From Candidatus Bathyarchaeia archaeon (lineage in GTDB: Archaea; Thermoproteota; Bathyarchaeia; Bathyarchaeales; Bathycorpusculaceae): DNA of 64,000 nucleotides. Each line of letters opens with the position of its first letter. Position 1 is the first letter of the stretch. Shown piece by piece: positions 48,408 to 59,357 of the stretch. Below the pieces are notes generated by a model that saw only the letters and a list, made by a program, of their open reading frames with translations, made no database searches and was not told the origin of the DNA. Location: contig JBEKOM010000001.1 of assembly GCA_049521795.1 (NCBI GenBank), forward strand, positions 96,001 through 160,000. The letters run 5' to 3'. Made by a program: the position numbers and the translations under genes.

Positions 48408-49721
48408 TTATGAAATTTCTAGCTTTTCCTTATACGCCTCCAAGTCCAGCCAGCCATGTCCGCTTATGTTCATGCAGATCGTTTTCTCTTCGCCAGCCTT
48501 TTCAGCCTTAACAGCCTCGTCAATACTGGCGCGAACTGCATAGCTGGATTCTGGGGCGGCTAACCAACCCTCAGCCTGGAGGAAAAGTCTAGCCGCTTCA
48601 AAGATTGACTTCTCGTCAGCAGGATAGGCCACGGCTTTGACGATGTTATGCTTTTTCAGCAAGCTGACGATTGGACCAGCCGCATGGTACCGCAAGCCGT
48701 CTGCTTTGATCGGGGTCATGTCAGCTTTGTGACCCAGAGTGTACATCTTTAGGAGCGGCGTGTGTTCAGCGACGTCACCAAAATCGTACTTGTATTCTCC
48801 CTTCACAAGGTTAGGAGCCGCCATCGACTGGGCTGCCAAGAAGTCGCATTCTCTTTTTCCTTTCAGGACTTCGCCTATGAATGGAAGTGCGATTCCGCTG
48901 AAGTTAGAGCCGCCGCCCAGGCAGCCGACGATCAAGTCTGGTTTCTCTTCGATCATATCAAACTGCTTGATCGTCTCCAATCCTATCACTGACTGCTGGG
49001 TCATAACGTGATTCAAAACGGAGCCCAGACAGTACACAGTATTATCATGCGTCTCTGCATACTCCAGTCCTTCCGATATTGCTATACCAAGCGAACCGGA
49101 GCTGTTCGGGTTTTTTGAAAGAAAATCGTTGCCGAACTTGGTTTGTTTGCTTGGCGAGGAATAGACCTTTGCGCCAAAGAGATTCATCAAAACCCTGCGG
49201 TCAGCCTTCCAGTCATAGACCGATTTAACCCAGAAGACCACACATTTAAGCTCTAGGAGCTGCGCAGCGTAAGCAAGCGCTGTGCCCCACTGTCCGGCAC
49301 CCGTTTCAGTGCTCAGGGTTGTTTTCCCCTCCTTAAGCGCATAGTAAGCCTGAGCGATCGCAGTGTTAGTCTTGTGCGAACCCGTCGGAGACAAGTCCTC
49401 GCGTTTATAATAGAGCTTGACCTTCTTCAAGCCGAGACGCTTCTCCAAGCGTTTGGCCCTGTAAAGCGGCCTGGGCCTTCCCATGTGAATGTAGAGTTCA
49501 CGAATTTCTTCAGGTATAGTGATCCAGCTTTGATTGGACATCTCCTGCCCAAGACACTCTTTAATCATGGTTCTGCCCAAGAAATCCATCCTCGAAGGCC
49601 CAGTTTCAGGCTCCTTCGGCGGAGGAAGCGGCTCAGGCAAGTCTGGCGCAATGTTGTACCATTTAGTGGGAAACTCGTCTATTGGCAGAGCTATCTGATC
49701 CTTCTCCATAGAGGTCACCAT
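48408..49721 (-). CDS. trpB2: TrpB2-type tryptophan synthase beta-like PLP enzyme
   Basis: P..WYNI..DLP, SPTGSHK.N.A..QAYY, TETGAGQWG, GGGSNF, GLRYH, APES. Confidence 0.92.
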   Translation of the reverse strand: MVTSMEKDQIALPIDEFPTKWYNIAPDLPEPLPPPKEPETGPSRMDFLGRTMIKECLGQEMSNQSWITIPEEIRELYIHMGRPRPLYRAKRLEKRLGLKKVKLYYKREDLSPTGSHKTNTAIAQAYYALKEGKTTLSTETGAGQWGTALAYAAQLLELKCVVFWVKSVYDWKADRRVLMNLFGAKVYSSPSKQTKFGNDFLSKNPNSSGSLGIAISEGLEYAETHDNTVYCLGSVLNHVMTQQSVIGLETIKQFDMIEEKPDLIVGCLGGGSNFSGIALPFIGEVLKGKRECDFLAAQSMAAPNLVKGEYKYDFGDVAEHTPLLKMYTLGHKADMTPIKADGLRYHAAGPIVSLLKKHNIVKAVAYPADEKSIFEAARLFLQAEGWLAAPESSYAVRASIDEAVKAEKAGEEKTICMNISGHGWLDLEAYKEKLEIS

Positions 49722-49798
49722 TTCTGAAGAGGATGCATACTATAACGGGTTCATAATTAAAGATTTCCGACGCTGTACACTCGCCTGTGGCCGATGAA

Positions 49799-50833
49799 TT
49801 ACCCGAACCACTTCTCCAGAGTTGTCTTTCCCTTTTCCTCAGTGATTCCTCTCTGCATCTTTTGTAAGGCTTTCCGAACGCGGTCTTCTGAGAAATCTCT
49901 TCCTCTGCACATGAAATTCACCACAGCCTCGACGTCAGGTTCCTTCCACTCGATCCTGTAGTCGTCAGTTACTGTTGGGTGCAGAAAAATCTCCCTGATT
50001 CTTTGAGGTTCAACTGGAAACTCTGCGTTCTTGATGTGTGGGATGGCATTTTCAAGGGTTCCATGTTCTTTTATCAGTTTTAAAGCAGTTTTCGGCCCTA
50101 AACCCTTGATTCCGTCCGGGTTGAAGTCCGTTCCGATCAGTATTCCAACGTCGACTAGCTGCTCGTAAGTTATCCCGCACTCCTTGAGAACCTGCTCCAG
50201 CTCGACTACTTCAGGAACAACTTCGACGTAGACGTTCTTGCTGGGAAGCTTTCTCCGCCCTGAAATGGTTACGTTTCTGACGAACCTTGGAGCACCGAAT
50301 AGTAGGCTATCATAATCCTGGCTTGCGCAGTAGTCTGCTGCCCCCTTCTTGGTCAAGTGGGCTGCTTGGGCCTCACCTTCACTTGGCGCTTGAATCCATG
50401 GGATTCCCATCAAACCCAGCAGGTTCTTGCTGTCCTCCGCCATGTAGTCCTTCAACTGCGACGTTACTTGGGCGTACATGCGCGCTTCTTCAGTCTTACC
50501 CTCCTTTAGGGCCCGCTCATACTTCACCATAGCCTCTTCTTTCACCTTTCTTCGCCTCTTGATTTCAACTTCCTTAAGCGCTGGTGGCGCTCCGTCAAAA
50601 ACGTAGATCGGCTTTGTGCCCAATTCCACTAAGTTGCTCGTTCTGTATAGCAGACCGCTGAGATGACTCGTGACTCTGCCGGAACTGTCCTTCAAAGGAG
50701 TGCCGTCTGGCTGGCGGATTATGGCTAGAAACTGGTATAACGCGTTGTACGCGTCTATGGCAATGGCTTTTCCGCTCAGGTCCTCAAGCCTGACAGTCGT
50801 TTTCGGGACAAGGTCGCGAAGGTCTACGCCCAA
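49799..50833 (-). CDS. fen: Flap endonuclease 1
   Basis: From TTG 50833: MGVDL, IDAYN.LYQFL..IR..DG, EGEAQAA, SQDYD, GTDFN; C-terminal PIP-box-like TTLEKWF. Confidence 0.96.
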   Translation of the reverse strand: MGVDLRDLVPKTTVRLEDLSGKAIAIDAYNALYQFLAIIRQPDGTPLKDSSGRVTSHLSGLLYRTSNLVELGTKPIYVFDGAPPALKEVEIKRRRKVKEEAMVKYERALKEGKTEEARMYAQVTSQLKDYMAEDSKNLLGLMGIPWIQAPSEGEAQAAHLTKKGAADYCASQDYDSLLFGAPRFVRNVTISGRRKLPSKNVYVEVVPEVVELEQVLKECGITYEQLVDVGILIGTDFNPDGIKGLGPKTALKLIKEHGTLENAIPHIKNAEFPVEPQRIREIFLHPTVTDDYRIEWKEPDVEAVVNFMCRGRDFSEDRVRKALQKMQRGITEEKGKTTLEKWFG

Positions 50834-50949
50834 AAAATGACCCCGCGTCAATATTGGCGGATAACTGAAATAATAAAGTTGCTAAGACCGAGACATATAA
50901 GATATAAGGAAGTCTCGCGATTAGAGAACCATTCACGAGGACATTTAGC

Positions 50950-51138
50950 ATGACTGAAAAAACGTCAACACTGATCTTAGTCTCATGCTCGAGCTGCGGC
51001 AAACCGATACCGCCGGGGGCAGAAGCCACAAAATTCCTTTGCCCAAGCTGCGGGGAGATTCAGATAAAACGGTGTGGCAAGTGCAGAAAGTTCGGACGCC
51101 CGTACAAATGTCCAAAGTGCGGTTTGATCGGCCCATAG
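50950..51138 (+). CDS. Zinc-ribbon protein (DUF1610-like)
   Basis: C.SCG...F.CP.CGE..I.RC..CRK....Y.CP.CG..GP; sits upstream of ef1b as is usual. Confidence 0.9.
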   Translation: MTEKTSTLILVSCSSCGKPIPPGAEATKFLCPSCGEIQIKRCGKCRKFGRPYKCPKCGLIGP

Positions 51139-51161
51139 AATGAGGAAGAGGAGACTTCAAG

Positions 51162-51437
51162 ATGGGTTTCGTCGTCGTAACGTACAAGATTTTTCCAAAC
51201 GACATAATTTCAGACTTCAGCCCCATGAAGAAGAAGATTGAGAGCAACCTGCCTGAGTCTGCGTCGGTACACGGGTATGGCGAGGAACTCGTTGCTTACG
51301 GTTTAAAGGCTCTTCTGGTGCAAATCAAATTCCCAGAAGACAAGACTGGCCTGCTCGAAGAATTTGAGAAGAAGGTTGAGACGATAGACGGCATAAGCCA
51401 GGTAACGACCCTCATGGTCAGAAGAACGAGCAGGTAG
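51162..51437 (+). CDS. ef1b: Translation elongation factor 1-beta
   Basis: KIFP....E.VAYGLKAL...; size and synteny with the zinc-ribbon gene. Confidence 0.88.
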   Translation: MGFVVVTYKIFPNDIISDFSPMKKKIESNLPESASVHGYGEELVAYGLKALLVQIKFPEDKTGLLEEFEKKVETIDGISQVTTLMVRRTSR

Positions 51438-51530
51438 CCCTCAACGGTTACTTAAAACATTTATGCTCAATACATTTATATCCGAAAGCCATTGTGTTTC
51501 GAACGTACCACATTATGGGAAGGATTTTTC

Positions 51531-53702
51531 TTGAGTGAGATACAGTTACGTGTCGGAGACGCAAGACAGAGAGACGTAGGCAGGGGCATAGCCCGCATTG
51601 ACCAAAAAACGATGCAGAAGCTCGGCATATCAGCTGGCGATGTGGTAGAGATCTGCGGCAAGAGAACAACCTCAGCCATAGCCTGGCCAGCCTACAGCGA
51701 AGACCAAAACCGAGACCTGCTACGAATAGATGGGTACACACGCAAGAACACCGGAGTAGCCATCAACGAGTACGTAATCGTTCGGGCAGCCAAGGTCAAG
51801 CCTGCCCTAAGCATCGCTCTTGCGCCAGTCGACATGAGACTGAACGTTGACGAGGACTTCACGAATTTTGTGAAGAACCGCTTGATGGAAAGGACACTTG
51901 TAGAGGGGGACACGACCCTCGTGATGATGCTCGGGCATGCTATACCCTTCACAACCACGAAAACCCGTCCACATGGGATAGTGAAAGTCACGGCAGAAAC
52001 AAAACTCACGATACTCAACGAACCCGCACCTGAAGGAAAAGGACTGCCTAGGACAACTTATGAAGACGTTGGAGGACTACACGAGGAGATCCAAAGAGTG
52101 CGGGAAATGGTTGAACTTCCTTTGAGGCACCCTGAACTTTTCCAGAGACTCGGAATAGAACCTCCGAAAGGTGTTCTGCTCCACGGACCACCAGGCTGCG
52201 GCAAAACACTTTTGGCTAGAGCTGTGGCAAACGAGTCAGAAGCCAACTTTTTCTCCATAAACGGGCCCGAAATCATGAGCAAGTTCTACGGAGAGTCAGA
52301 AGCCAGGCTGAGAGAGATCTTTCAGCAGGCTCAGCAGAACGCCCCAAGCATAATCTTCATCGATGAACTAGACGCCATTGCACCTAAACGAGAGGAAGTC
52401 ACGGGAGAAGTTGAAAGACGCGTGGTCGCCCAGCTTCTAGCGCTCATGGACGGTCTGTCTGGAAGAGGAAACGTGATAGTGATAGGCGCAACAAACAGGC
52501 CTGGCGCCCTCGACCCAGCACTTCGCAGACCCGGCAGGTTTGACAGAGAGATCGAGATAGGTGTTCCCGACAAGCCGGGAAGGTACGAGATCATCCAGAT
52601 CCACACTAGAGGAATGCCGCTGGCCGAAGGCGTTGATCTTAAGAAACTGTCTGACATCACCCACGGCTACACGGGCGCCGACCTTTCAGCTCTGGGCAGA
52701 GAGACAGCGATGAAGTCACTGCGCAGATACTTGCCACAGATAAACCTTGAAGAAGAACGCATACCGCCGAGCGTGCTGGAGAAAATGGAAGTGACCATGG
52801 AAGACTTCATCAACGCGTACAAAGAGATAACACCGACAGCCATGCGCGAAGTGTACATAGAAATCCCCACAGTTCACTGGGATGACATAGGAGGACTTGG
52901 AGAAGTCAAAGAGGACCTCAAGGAAGCGGTTGAATGGCCGCTGAAGAGCCCTGAAATCTTCGTTAGGCTTGGCATAAGACCGCCTAAGGGTATTCTGCTT
53001 CTTGGACCACCAGGCTGCGGCAAAACACTTTTGGCGAAGGCTGTGGCGACTGAGAGCGAAGCCAACTTCATAACGATCAAAGGCCCCGAAGTCTTTTCCA
53101 AATGGGTTGGAGAATCGGAGAAGGCGATAAGAGAAGTCTTCAGAAAAGCCAGGATGGCTGCTCCAGCAGTGATCTTCTTCGACGAAATTGACTCTCTCCT
53201 GCCGCGCCGAGGTCTGGGTTTCAGCGACAGTGGTGTCAGCGAAAGGGTAATAAGCCAACTTCTAACCGAAATGGACGGCATGGTCACTCTGGAAAATATA
53301 GTTGTCATCGCTGCAACGAACAGGCCTGACATAGTGGACCCAGCGGTGCTCCGTCCCGGCAGATTCGACAGGCTGATATACGTGCCTGAACCCGATGAAG
53401 AGAGCAAGATCCAGATTTTCAAGATCTACACGAAGAACATGCCGCTGGCAAAAGATGTGGACGCGAAGGCTCTAGCATCCACCTCAAAGAACTATTCGGG
53501 CGCCGACATAGAAGCCCTCTGCCGTGAGGCGGCGATGATAGCTCTAAGAAGAGACATGAATACTAAGGAAGTCACGATCAGAGACTTCGAAGAGGCGAGG
53601 AAACGCATCGGACCTTCAACAACACCAGACATGGAGAAATGGTACAAAGGCTTCATGCAACAAGCCAGACAAGTGCAGAAACCTGCGACACCAGTTGCGT
53701 AG
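51531..53702 (+). CDS. cdc48: CDC48/VCP AAA+ ATPase
   Basis: N-domain [11 protein letters not shown]; two [11 protein letters not shown] Walker A motifs; RPGRFDR twice. Confidence 0.97.
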   Translation: MSEIQLRVGDARQRDVGRGIARIDQKTMQKLGISAGDVVEICGKRTTSAIAWPAYSEDQNRDLLRIDGYTRKNTGVAINEYVIVRAAKVKPALSIALAPVDMRLNVDEDFTNFVKNRLMERTLVEGDTTLVMMLGHAIPFTTTKTRPHGIVKVTAETKLTILNEPAPEGKGLPRTTYEDVGGLHEEIQRVREMVELPLRHPELFQRLGIEPPKGVLLHGPPGCGKTLLARAVANESEANFFSINGPEIMSKFYGESEARLREIFQQAQQNAPSIIFIDELDAIAPKREEVTGEVERRVVAQLLALMDGLSGRGNVIVIGATNRPGALDPALRRPGRFDREIEIGVPDKPGRYEIIQIHTRGMPLAEGVDLKKLSDITHGYTGADLSALGRETAMKSLRRYLPQINLEEERIPPSVLEKMEVTMEDFINAYKEITPTAMREVYIEIPTVHWDDIGGLGEVKEDLKEAVEWPLKSPEIFVRLGIRPPKGILLLGPPGCGKTLLAKAVATESEANFITIKGPEVFSKWVGESEKAIREVFRKARMAAPAVIFFDEIDSLLPRRGLGFSDSGVSERVISQLLTEMDGMVTLENIVVIAATNRPDIVDPAVLRPGRFDRLIYVPEPDEESKIQIFKIYTKNMPLAKDVDAKALASTSKNYSGADIEALCREAAMIALRRDMNTKEVTIRDFEEARKRIGPSTTPDMEKWYKGFMQQARQVQKPATPVA

Positions 53703-53714
53703 GCGAGTGTACAC

Positions 53715-53948
53715 ATGCCGATGCCGACTAAGACGTGGAAAACTCATCCCGCATACTTCGTCCTACTCGACCTCTTGGAGAAGAAGGGAAGCCTGACCGA
53801 CGCAGAACTCTTTGACGCGCTGATTGAAGAGTTTAAAGACTTAGGCTTCAAAGACTTCAACGAAATATTGATGCGGCTTGAAATCAGCGGAAAAGTCCGC
53901 ATGACTTCTATGGCCCGCGGGAAGAGACGAGTTGAACTGATAGCGTAA
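53715..53948 (+). CDS. Small winged-helix-like protein
   Basis: LL.KKGSLTD.EL...LMRLEISGKV.....RG.RRVEL. Confidence 0.7.
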   Translation: MPMPTKTWKTHPAYFVLLDLLEKKGSLTDAELFDALIEEFKDLGFKDFNEILMRLEISGKVRMTSMARGKRRVELIA

Positions 53949-53983
53949 GCTTCGAGTCCGCGCGGAAACATCTGGCTGAAACC

Positions 53984-55210
53984 TTGAAGAAGGAAGTTGC
54001 AGACGTAATAGTGGTTGGAGGCGGCCCGTCTGGCTCCTTCGCAGCCTTGAAACTTGCAAGACTAGGCATCAACGTCAGAGTGTATGAAGAACACAGCGAA
54101 ATAGGCCTTCCATCACACTGCGCCGGCCACCTCAGCATACGAGGTCTTAAACGTCTGAGGATTCACCCTCTTCCCGTCGAAATCGTTGAGAACACTTTTC
54201 GAGGTGCTGCTTTCTACTCGCCGAATGGCAAAAAATTCTTGGTCCGCTTTGCTTCGCCCGTGACCTGCGTGGTTGACCGTGCCCTCTTTGAGAAGCACCT
54301 TGCAGAAAGAGCACAGGACGCAGGAGCAGAGTACTGCTTAGACTCAAGAGTTGAAAGTCTGATGGTCAAGGATGGCATCGTGAAGGGAGTCACGATAACA
54401 CGACAAGGCAAGACCGAGAAGAGAATGGCAAAGATAGTCATAGACGCTGAAGGAATATCCTCAAGAATACTCAGGCAAACGGGTCTCCGAGGCCCCAGCC
54501 GGAGTATGCTAGTCAACGGCGTCGAAGCAGAAGCTGAAAACGTCAAAGACACACAGCTCGACACGGTTGAGGTATTCCTAGGAGCAGATTATGCTCCCGG
54601 CTTCTACGCGTGGCTGATACCGAAGAAGGATGGAAAGGCAAAGATTGGACTTGCAGCAAAGGCCAGAAACCCAAAAGAGCTCCTGCAAAAGCTTTTGGCC
54701 AAACATCCAGTGGCCTCAAAGAAACTGCTCAAGGCAAAAATCGACAAGATAATTGCTCACCCGATAACGCTGGGAGGCCCGATACCAAAAGCCTACTCAA
54801 ACGGCTTCTTAGCGGTTGGAGACGCAGCCTCACAGGTGAAATCCACCACGGGGGGAGGCGTCATCTTCGGGATGACGTGCGCGGCAGTCGCTGCTGAAGT
54901 TGCACATGAGGCTATTCGCCAAGACGCTTTTTCCTCAAAATCCCTGAGCGCTTACGGACGCCGATGCGATGAAGCCCTAGGGTTCGACGCGAAGATGATG
55001 ATAAGAATGAGGAAAATGCTCGACGCTATGTCTGACAGAAGACTTGACGGGCTAATCGGATTGTGCACAAAACTCGCTTTGGACAAGACTCTTCAGAAAG
55101 TGGAGGACATCGACCTTCAGGGAAGAACGCTTTTGCATATCTTGCGGAGTCCTCGCGCACTGGCCGCTCTCAGCTATTTCTTCTTGGCGGGCTTTTTTGC
55201 GAACCTTTAA
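53984..55210 (+). CDS. Geranylgeranyl reductase family FAD oxidoreductase
   Basis: DVIVVGGGPSG, P.HCAG, YAWLIP, VGDAA.QVK..TGGG. Confidence 0.9.
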   Translation: MKKEVADVIVVGGGPSGSFAALKLARLGINVRVYEEHSEIGLPSHCAGHLSIRGLKRLRIHPLPVEIVENTFRGAAFYSPNGKKFLVRFASPVTCVVDRALFEKHLAERAQDAGAEYCLDSRVESLMVKDGIVKGVTITRQGKTEKRMAKIVIDAEGISSRILRQTGLRGPSRSMLVNGVEAEAENVKDTQLDTVEVFLGADYAPGFYAWLIPKKDGKAKIGLAAKARNPKELLQKLLAKHPVASKKLLKAKIDKIIAHPITLGGPIPKAYSNGFLAVGDAASQVKSTTGGGVIFGMTCAAVAAEVAHEAIRQDAFSSKSLSAYGRRCDEALGFDAKMMIRMRKMLDAMSDRRLDGLIGLCTKLALDKTLQKVEDIDLQGRTLLHILRSPRALAALSYFFLAGFFANL

Positions 55211-55252
55211 AATCTTTGAAGCGCAGACTGATAGGGAAAGGTAAAGGGAAGC

Positions 55253-55615
55253 ATGTCTGAATTTCGCTACAAACAGGTTATTGTCTTCCGGTCCGACCTG
55301 AAGCTGAGCAGGGGCAAGACGGCGGCTCAGGCTGGACACGCCGCGGTTTCGGCAGCGGAACAGGCACGTAAACATCGCAGCAAATGGTTTGAAGGCTGGC
55401 TGGAAGAAGGACAATGCAAGATCGCGGTTAAGGTAAAGAATGAGAAAGAAATGGCTAAACTGGAAATGCAGGCCAAAGAATCTGATTTGCCATGCGCGTT
55501 GATAGTTGACAGGGGACTCACAGAGATTCCGGCTGGAACCGTCACATGTCTAGGAATTGGTCCTGCACCTGTAGAAAAGATAAATAGAATAACGGGCGCA
55601 CTCCGGCTTCTTTGA
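55253..55615 (+). CDS. pth2: Peptidyl-tRNA hydrolase Pth2
   Basis: KQVIV.R.DL..S.GK.AAQ.GHAA, D.GLTEI..GT.T.LGIGP. Confidence 0.96.
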   Translation: MSEFRYKQVIVFRSDLKLSRGKTAAQAGHAAVSAAEQARKHRSKWFEGWLEEGQCKIAVKVKNEKEMAKLEMQAKESDLPCALIVDRGLTEIPAGTVTCLGIGPAPVEKINRITGALRLL

Positions 55616-55628
55616 GCAGGCGGAAACA

Positions 55629-57014
55629 TTGCTTGTTCCAAGCTTGGAGAGATCGATTGGAATAGAAGTTTATGCAACACGCTCTCCGGGAATCGGCGGA
55701 ACAATCAGACAGAGCGCGGAAGACTTCGTGGTTGAGGAAGTCCTAGTTGATGGATCTAAGGCAGAAGTGAACCGGTCTGATGGAAACACTGGGCAAACAG
55801 TGCTCGGATCCTCTTCCGTCAAAAATCGTTATCTATTATGTGTCTTGTTTAAGCGAAACTGGGACACGTTCATAGCCCTTCGAAACGTGGCCCAACAATT
55901 AGGCATAAACACAACGAAGATTCAAATCGCCGGCATAAAAGACGCGAAAGCCTTGACTGCCCAGCATGTCACGGTCGAAGATGCCGCGATTGAAGATGTT
56001 CAGAAGCTCCACCTCAAGGACATAGAGGTACGCCCCATAGGCTATTTGCGAACTGAACTTTCCTCTTACTATCTATTCGGAAACAGTTTCCAAGTAAGGA
56101 TCAAGAATGTGAAGCATCCCAAAACCGTTATCGAGACAAGAACTGCGAAGACCATGGAAGAGCTTCACAGGCTAGGAGGAATTCCAAACTTCTTTGGCCA
56201 TCAGCGCTTCGGAACAACCCGCTCCATAACTCATCTAGTAGGAAAAAGCTTTGTCAAAGGAAATCTGAAGAGGGCAGCAATGTTGTTCTTGGCGAAATCG
56301 ACCCCTTATGAACATCCCGAGTCAAGACAAGCACGTCAAGAGTTACAAGCAACGCAAGACTTCAAACAAGCACTAGAGACTTATCCAAAACAGCTACGGT
56401 ACGAACGCATGATGCTGAGAAGCCTAGCTGAAAAACCCCGCGATTTTGCTGGCGCGTTCAAGCGGCTGCCGACTAAACTTCTGGAACTCTTCACTCAGGC
56501 GTACCAGTCTTATCTCTTCAACAGGTTCCTCAGCAACAGAATCAAGGATGACCTTCCGCTGAACACGGTCGAGGTTGGGGACTACGTCGTAAACGTTGAA
56601 AAGTCTGGAGTGCCATTGACGAAAATGTATAGAACAGCAAACTCTGAGACTCTTGCAGAAATAAACCGTGCAGTTCGAAACGGGAAAGCTCGACTGGCCA
56701 TTCCACTCACAGGCTTCAGACAACATACGTCGCAGGGAGTTCAGGGGGAAATCGAGAGCAGAATACTCGAAGAAGAAGGCGTTTCTCCGAATGACTTCAA
56801 GGTTTCAACCATGCACGAGATGGGCTCAAGAGGACAACTACGAGCCATTACGGCTCCTCTGCTAGATTTCATGTTAAACGACGTGTCCGACGACGCTGGC
56901 GACCCTCAAAACCGCACGTTAAAAGTGGATTTCACACTGTGCCGTGGTTCTTATGCAACGATAGTTCTGAGAGAGTTTATGAAGCCACGCGACGTGATCA
57001 AAGCGGGGTTCTAG
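55629..57014 (+). CDS. truD: tRNA pseudouridine(13) synthase
   Basis: EDFVVEE, AGIKD..A.T.Q, PNFFG.QRFG, AYQSYLFN, GSYAT..LRE. Confidence 0.95.
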   Translation: MLVPSLERSIGIEVYATRSPGIGGTIRQSAEDFVVEEVLVDGSKAEVNRSDGNTGQTVLGSSSVKNRYLLCVLFKRNWDTFIALRNVAQQLGINTTKIQIAGIKDAKALTAQHVTVEDAAIEDVQKLHLKDIEVRPIGYLRTELSSYYLFGNSFQVRIKNVKHPKTVIETRTAKTMEELHRLGGIPNFFGHQRFGTTRSITHLVGKSFVKGNLKRAAMLFLAKSTPYEHPESRQARQELQATQDFKQALETYPKQLRYERMMLRSLAEKPRDFAGAFKRLPTKLLELFTQAYQSYLFNRFLSNRIKDDLPLNTVEVGDYVVNVEKSGVPLTKMYRTANSETLAEINRAVRNGKARLAIPLTGFRQHTSQGVQGEIESRILEEEGVSPNDFKVSTMHEMGSRGQLRAITAPLLDFMLNDVSDDAGDPQNRTLKVDFTLCRGSYATIVLREFMKPRDVIKAGF

Positions 57015-57029
57015 GTCTGACCCAACTTG

Positions 57030-57563
57030 TTAACAAATCGTCCTCAACAAGTCTGACCGCGTTATTATGCCCACTGCTTCTCCACCTTTTTTAACCAGCA
57101 CGCCTGGACTTTTCTCCAGCATCGCGCGAACAGCTTCTATGCTCGTGTCTTCTCGTACCTCAGGCATAGGCGGGTCCATAATCTTGCTGACTTTCGCGCT
57201 TGCTAAGCTCGACCTCAAGTTCCGCACTATGCCCTGCTCTGTTATGGTTCCAACAACTCTGACTCCATCCAGCACGGGAAGTTGTGAAACAGCGTTTCTA
57301 ACCATGATTTCACTAGTCTTCAGAATGGCTTCGTTACTTTTGGCGAAGATCACGCCCTTTGTCATGACGTCTCTACATTTTCTTTCCTGTCCCGGCTTGA
57401 GAGCGACCAAGATCCGATTGACCGTTGAGAGCCGGGGATCAACCTTGCCCTGTTCTATTTTCGCTATGTGTGCTTGGGAAACGCCGACGAGTGCCGCAAG
57501 GGCTTTCTGAGTGAGACCTGCTTTAAGCCTTAACTCTCTTATGTAGCTGCCCGTTACTAACAT
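57030..57563 (-). CDS. XRE-HTH + CBS-pair transcriptional regulator
   Basis: LR..AGLTQ..LA...GVSQ..IA.IE.GKVDPRLST; SQLPV, GIITRSDL. Confidence 0.9.
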   Translation of the reverse strand: MLVTGSYIRELRLKAGLTQKALAALVGVSQAHIAKIEQGKVDPRLSTVNRILVALKPGQERKCRDVMTKGVIFAKSNEAILKTSEIMVRNAVSQLPVLDGVRVVGTITEQGIVRNLRSSLASAKVSKIMDPPMPEVREDTSIEAVRAMLEKSPGVLVKKGGEAVGIITRSDLLRTIC

Positions 57564-57587
57564 GAAATAACCACCAGTTATTTTCAT
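57562..57587. promoter_or_regulatory. Inverted repeat operator candidate ATGAAATAAC-N5-GTTATTTTCAT
   Basis: Near-perfect palindrome at the HTH-CBS start, in the divergent region shared with mat. Confidence 0.55.
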
Positions 57588-57659
57588 CTTATAAGCATAC
57601 AGTAAAATATATATTTATCGCAAATATACATCGTAAACTTCGCAGAAAGGAGACTCCCA

Positions 57660-58868
57660 ATGCGAAATATAATCGTAGAAGACTTGAAACAGACACCCCT
57701 TGAGAAACAACGCCTAGAGATAGTTGAAAGGAAAGGCGTCGGGCACCCGGACTACATCTGCGACGCAGTGGCCGACCGCATATCGATCAGCCTCTGCAAA
57801 GTGTACATGGAAAAAGCGGGGACTATACTTCACCATAATGTTGACAAGTCACTGCTAGTCGCTGGAGAAACTGAGCCAAGGTTCAACGGCGGCATCATCA
57901 GGCAGCCGATACTCTTCGTGTTGGGTGACAGAGCAACGTCCAAAATCGACGGCCAAACGATAGACGTCGGCGAAATAGCCGTAAAAGCCGCCAAGAACTG
58001 GTTCAAGGAGAACATGCGCTTCGTCGACCCTGAAGAGCACGTGAAGTACCAGGTGGAACTGAAGCCCGGCTCAGTCGGACTGACTGATATTTTCAAACGA
58101 AAAGGCAAAGTGCTCGGCGCAAACGACACTTCGGCCGCTGTGGGCTACGCGCCTATGACGAGAACAGAGAAGATAGTTCTGGGAACTGAAAGATACGTGA
58201 ACTCAGCGCCGTTCAAGAAGCGCTTTCCCGAGTCAGGCGAAGACGTGAAAGTCATGGCCTTCAGAAACCGCAACGACCTCAACCTCACTGTTGCAATGGC
58301 GTTCGTCGACCGTTACATAGACGGCGAGGAAGACTACTTCGAAAAGAAGGAAAGAATCGCTGAGGAAATCAACAAGTACGTAGCAGTTAACGCGGACTTC
58401 GACTCGGTAGACGTGCAGCTGGACACGTTGGACGTGAAACAAAGAGGCGTAGGAGGGTTGTACCTCACGGTGTTAGGCACAAGCGCAGAAAGCGGCGACT
58501 CAGGACAGGTAGGCAGAGGAAACCGTGTCAACGGCCTGATATCGCTCAACAGACCGTTCTGCTCAGAGGCCGCAGCGGGAAAAAACCCGGTGAGCCACGT
58601 AGGAAAAATCTACAACTTCTTGACTTTCAGAACAGCCGAGCACGTGTACGAAGAGGTTGAAGAACTGGAGGAAGTCTACATCTGGCTGCTAAGCAAGATA
58701 GGAAGCCCTATAGACCACCCAGCGATCGCGGCTGCGCAAGTCATAATGAAGGGAAACAACAACATAGACAAGGTCAAAAACAAAATAAACGAAGTTCTAG
58801 ACGAAGAACTTGAAAACATACAGAAATTCTGCATGGAATTAGCCCAAGGAAAAATATTGCCTTGCTAA
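57660..58868 (+). CDS. mat: S-adenosylmethionine synthetase, archaeal type
   Basis: EIVERKG.GHPD, HHNVDK, ANDTS, GEDVKVM, GDSGQVGRGNR.NG, GKNPVSHVGK. Confidence 0.96.
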   Translation: MRNIIVEDLKQTPLEKQRLEIVERKGVGHPDYICDAVADRISISLCKVYMEKAGTILHHNVDKSLLVAGETEPRFNGGIIRQPILFVLGDRATSKIDGQTIDVGEIAVKAAKNWFKENMRFVDPEEHVKYQVELKPGSVGLTDIFKRKGKVLGANDTSAAVGYAPMTRTEKIVLGTERYVNSAPFKKRFPESGEDVKVMAFRNRNDLNLTVAMAFVDRYIDGEEDYFEKKERIAEEINKYVAVNADFDSVDVQLDTLDVKQRGVGGLYLTVLGTSAESGDSGQVGRGNRVNGLISLNRPFCSEAAAGKNPVSHVGKIYNFLTFRTAEHVYEEVEELEEVYIWLLSKIGSPIDHPAIAAAQVIMKGNNNIDKVKNKINEVLDEELENIQKFCMELAQGKILPC

Positions 58869-58991
58869 CATGATAATGTCACAAGCTCAGACCCAAGTTT
58901 GAAACTGAATTTCTCAAACAACATCGCTAGCGCGCAGTTGAAACGTTTAAATGCCAAAAGCAAAACCTTATCATGGATGGGTTGAAATATC

Positions 58992-59255
58992 ATGACTGAA
59001 GGTGCAGAGGAAAAACTTCCCATATCTGATTTCTACAAAGTCGTTGATCACGTCAATCTTTTCAAGAGTCAGAAATGGTGGGAGGCAGTTGTCATCTTCG
59101 AATCGTATGGAAAACGGTCAATCGGCCTGTACTTGTGGCAAAAAAAAGAGGACACATGGAAGAGAAAACACAAGTTCAACGTCAGAAACCTGGACGAATG
59201 GAACAAACTGAAAACAGCCATAGAGCAGCTTGCGCCCAAACTCGTCTCAAAATAA
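58992..59255 (+). CDS. Small conserved hypothetical protein, Trp/Lys-rich
   Basis: Clean ORF with TTTAAA box upstream; KWWEAVV...GLYLWQ...WKRK.KF. Confidence 0.7.
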   Translation: MTEGAEEKLPISDFYKVVDHVNLFKSQKWWEAVVIFESYGKRSIGLYLWQKKEDTWKRKHKFNVRNLDEWNKLKTAIEQLAPKLVSK

Positions 59256-59357
59256 CCCTTTTACTCCTGCGTATTCTGAATTCTTATTCCGCATCAGAAT
59301 CTCAAATCGAATAGTCTTATTAGTGCATGGACCGGAACAAGAGCCAAGGCGAACAGT

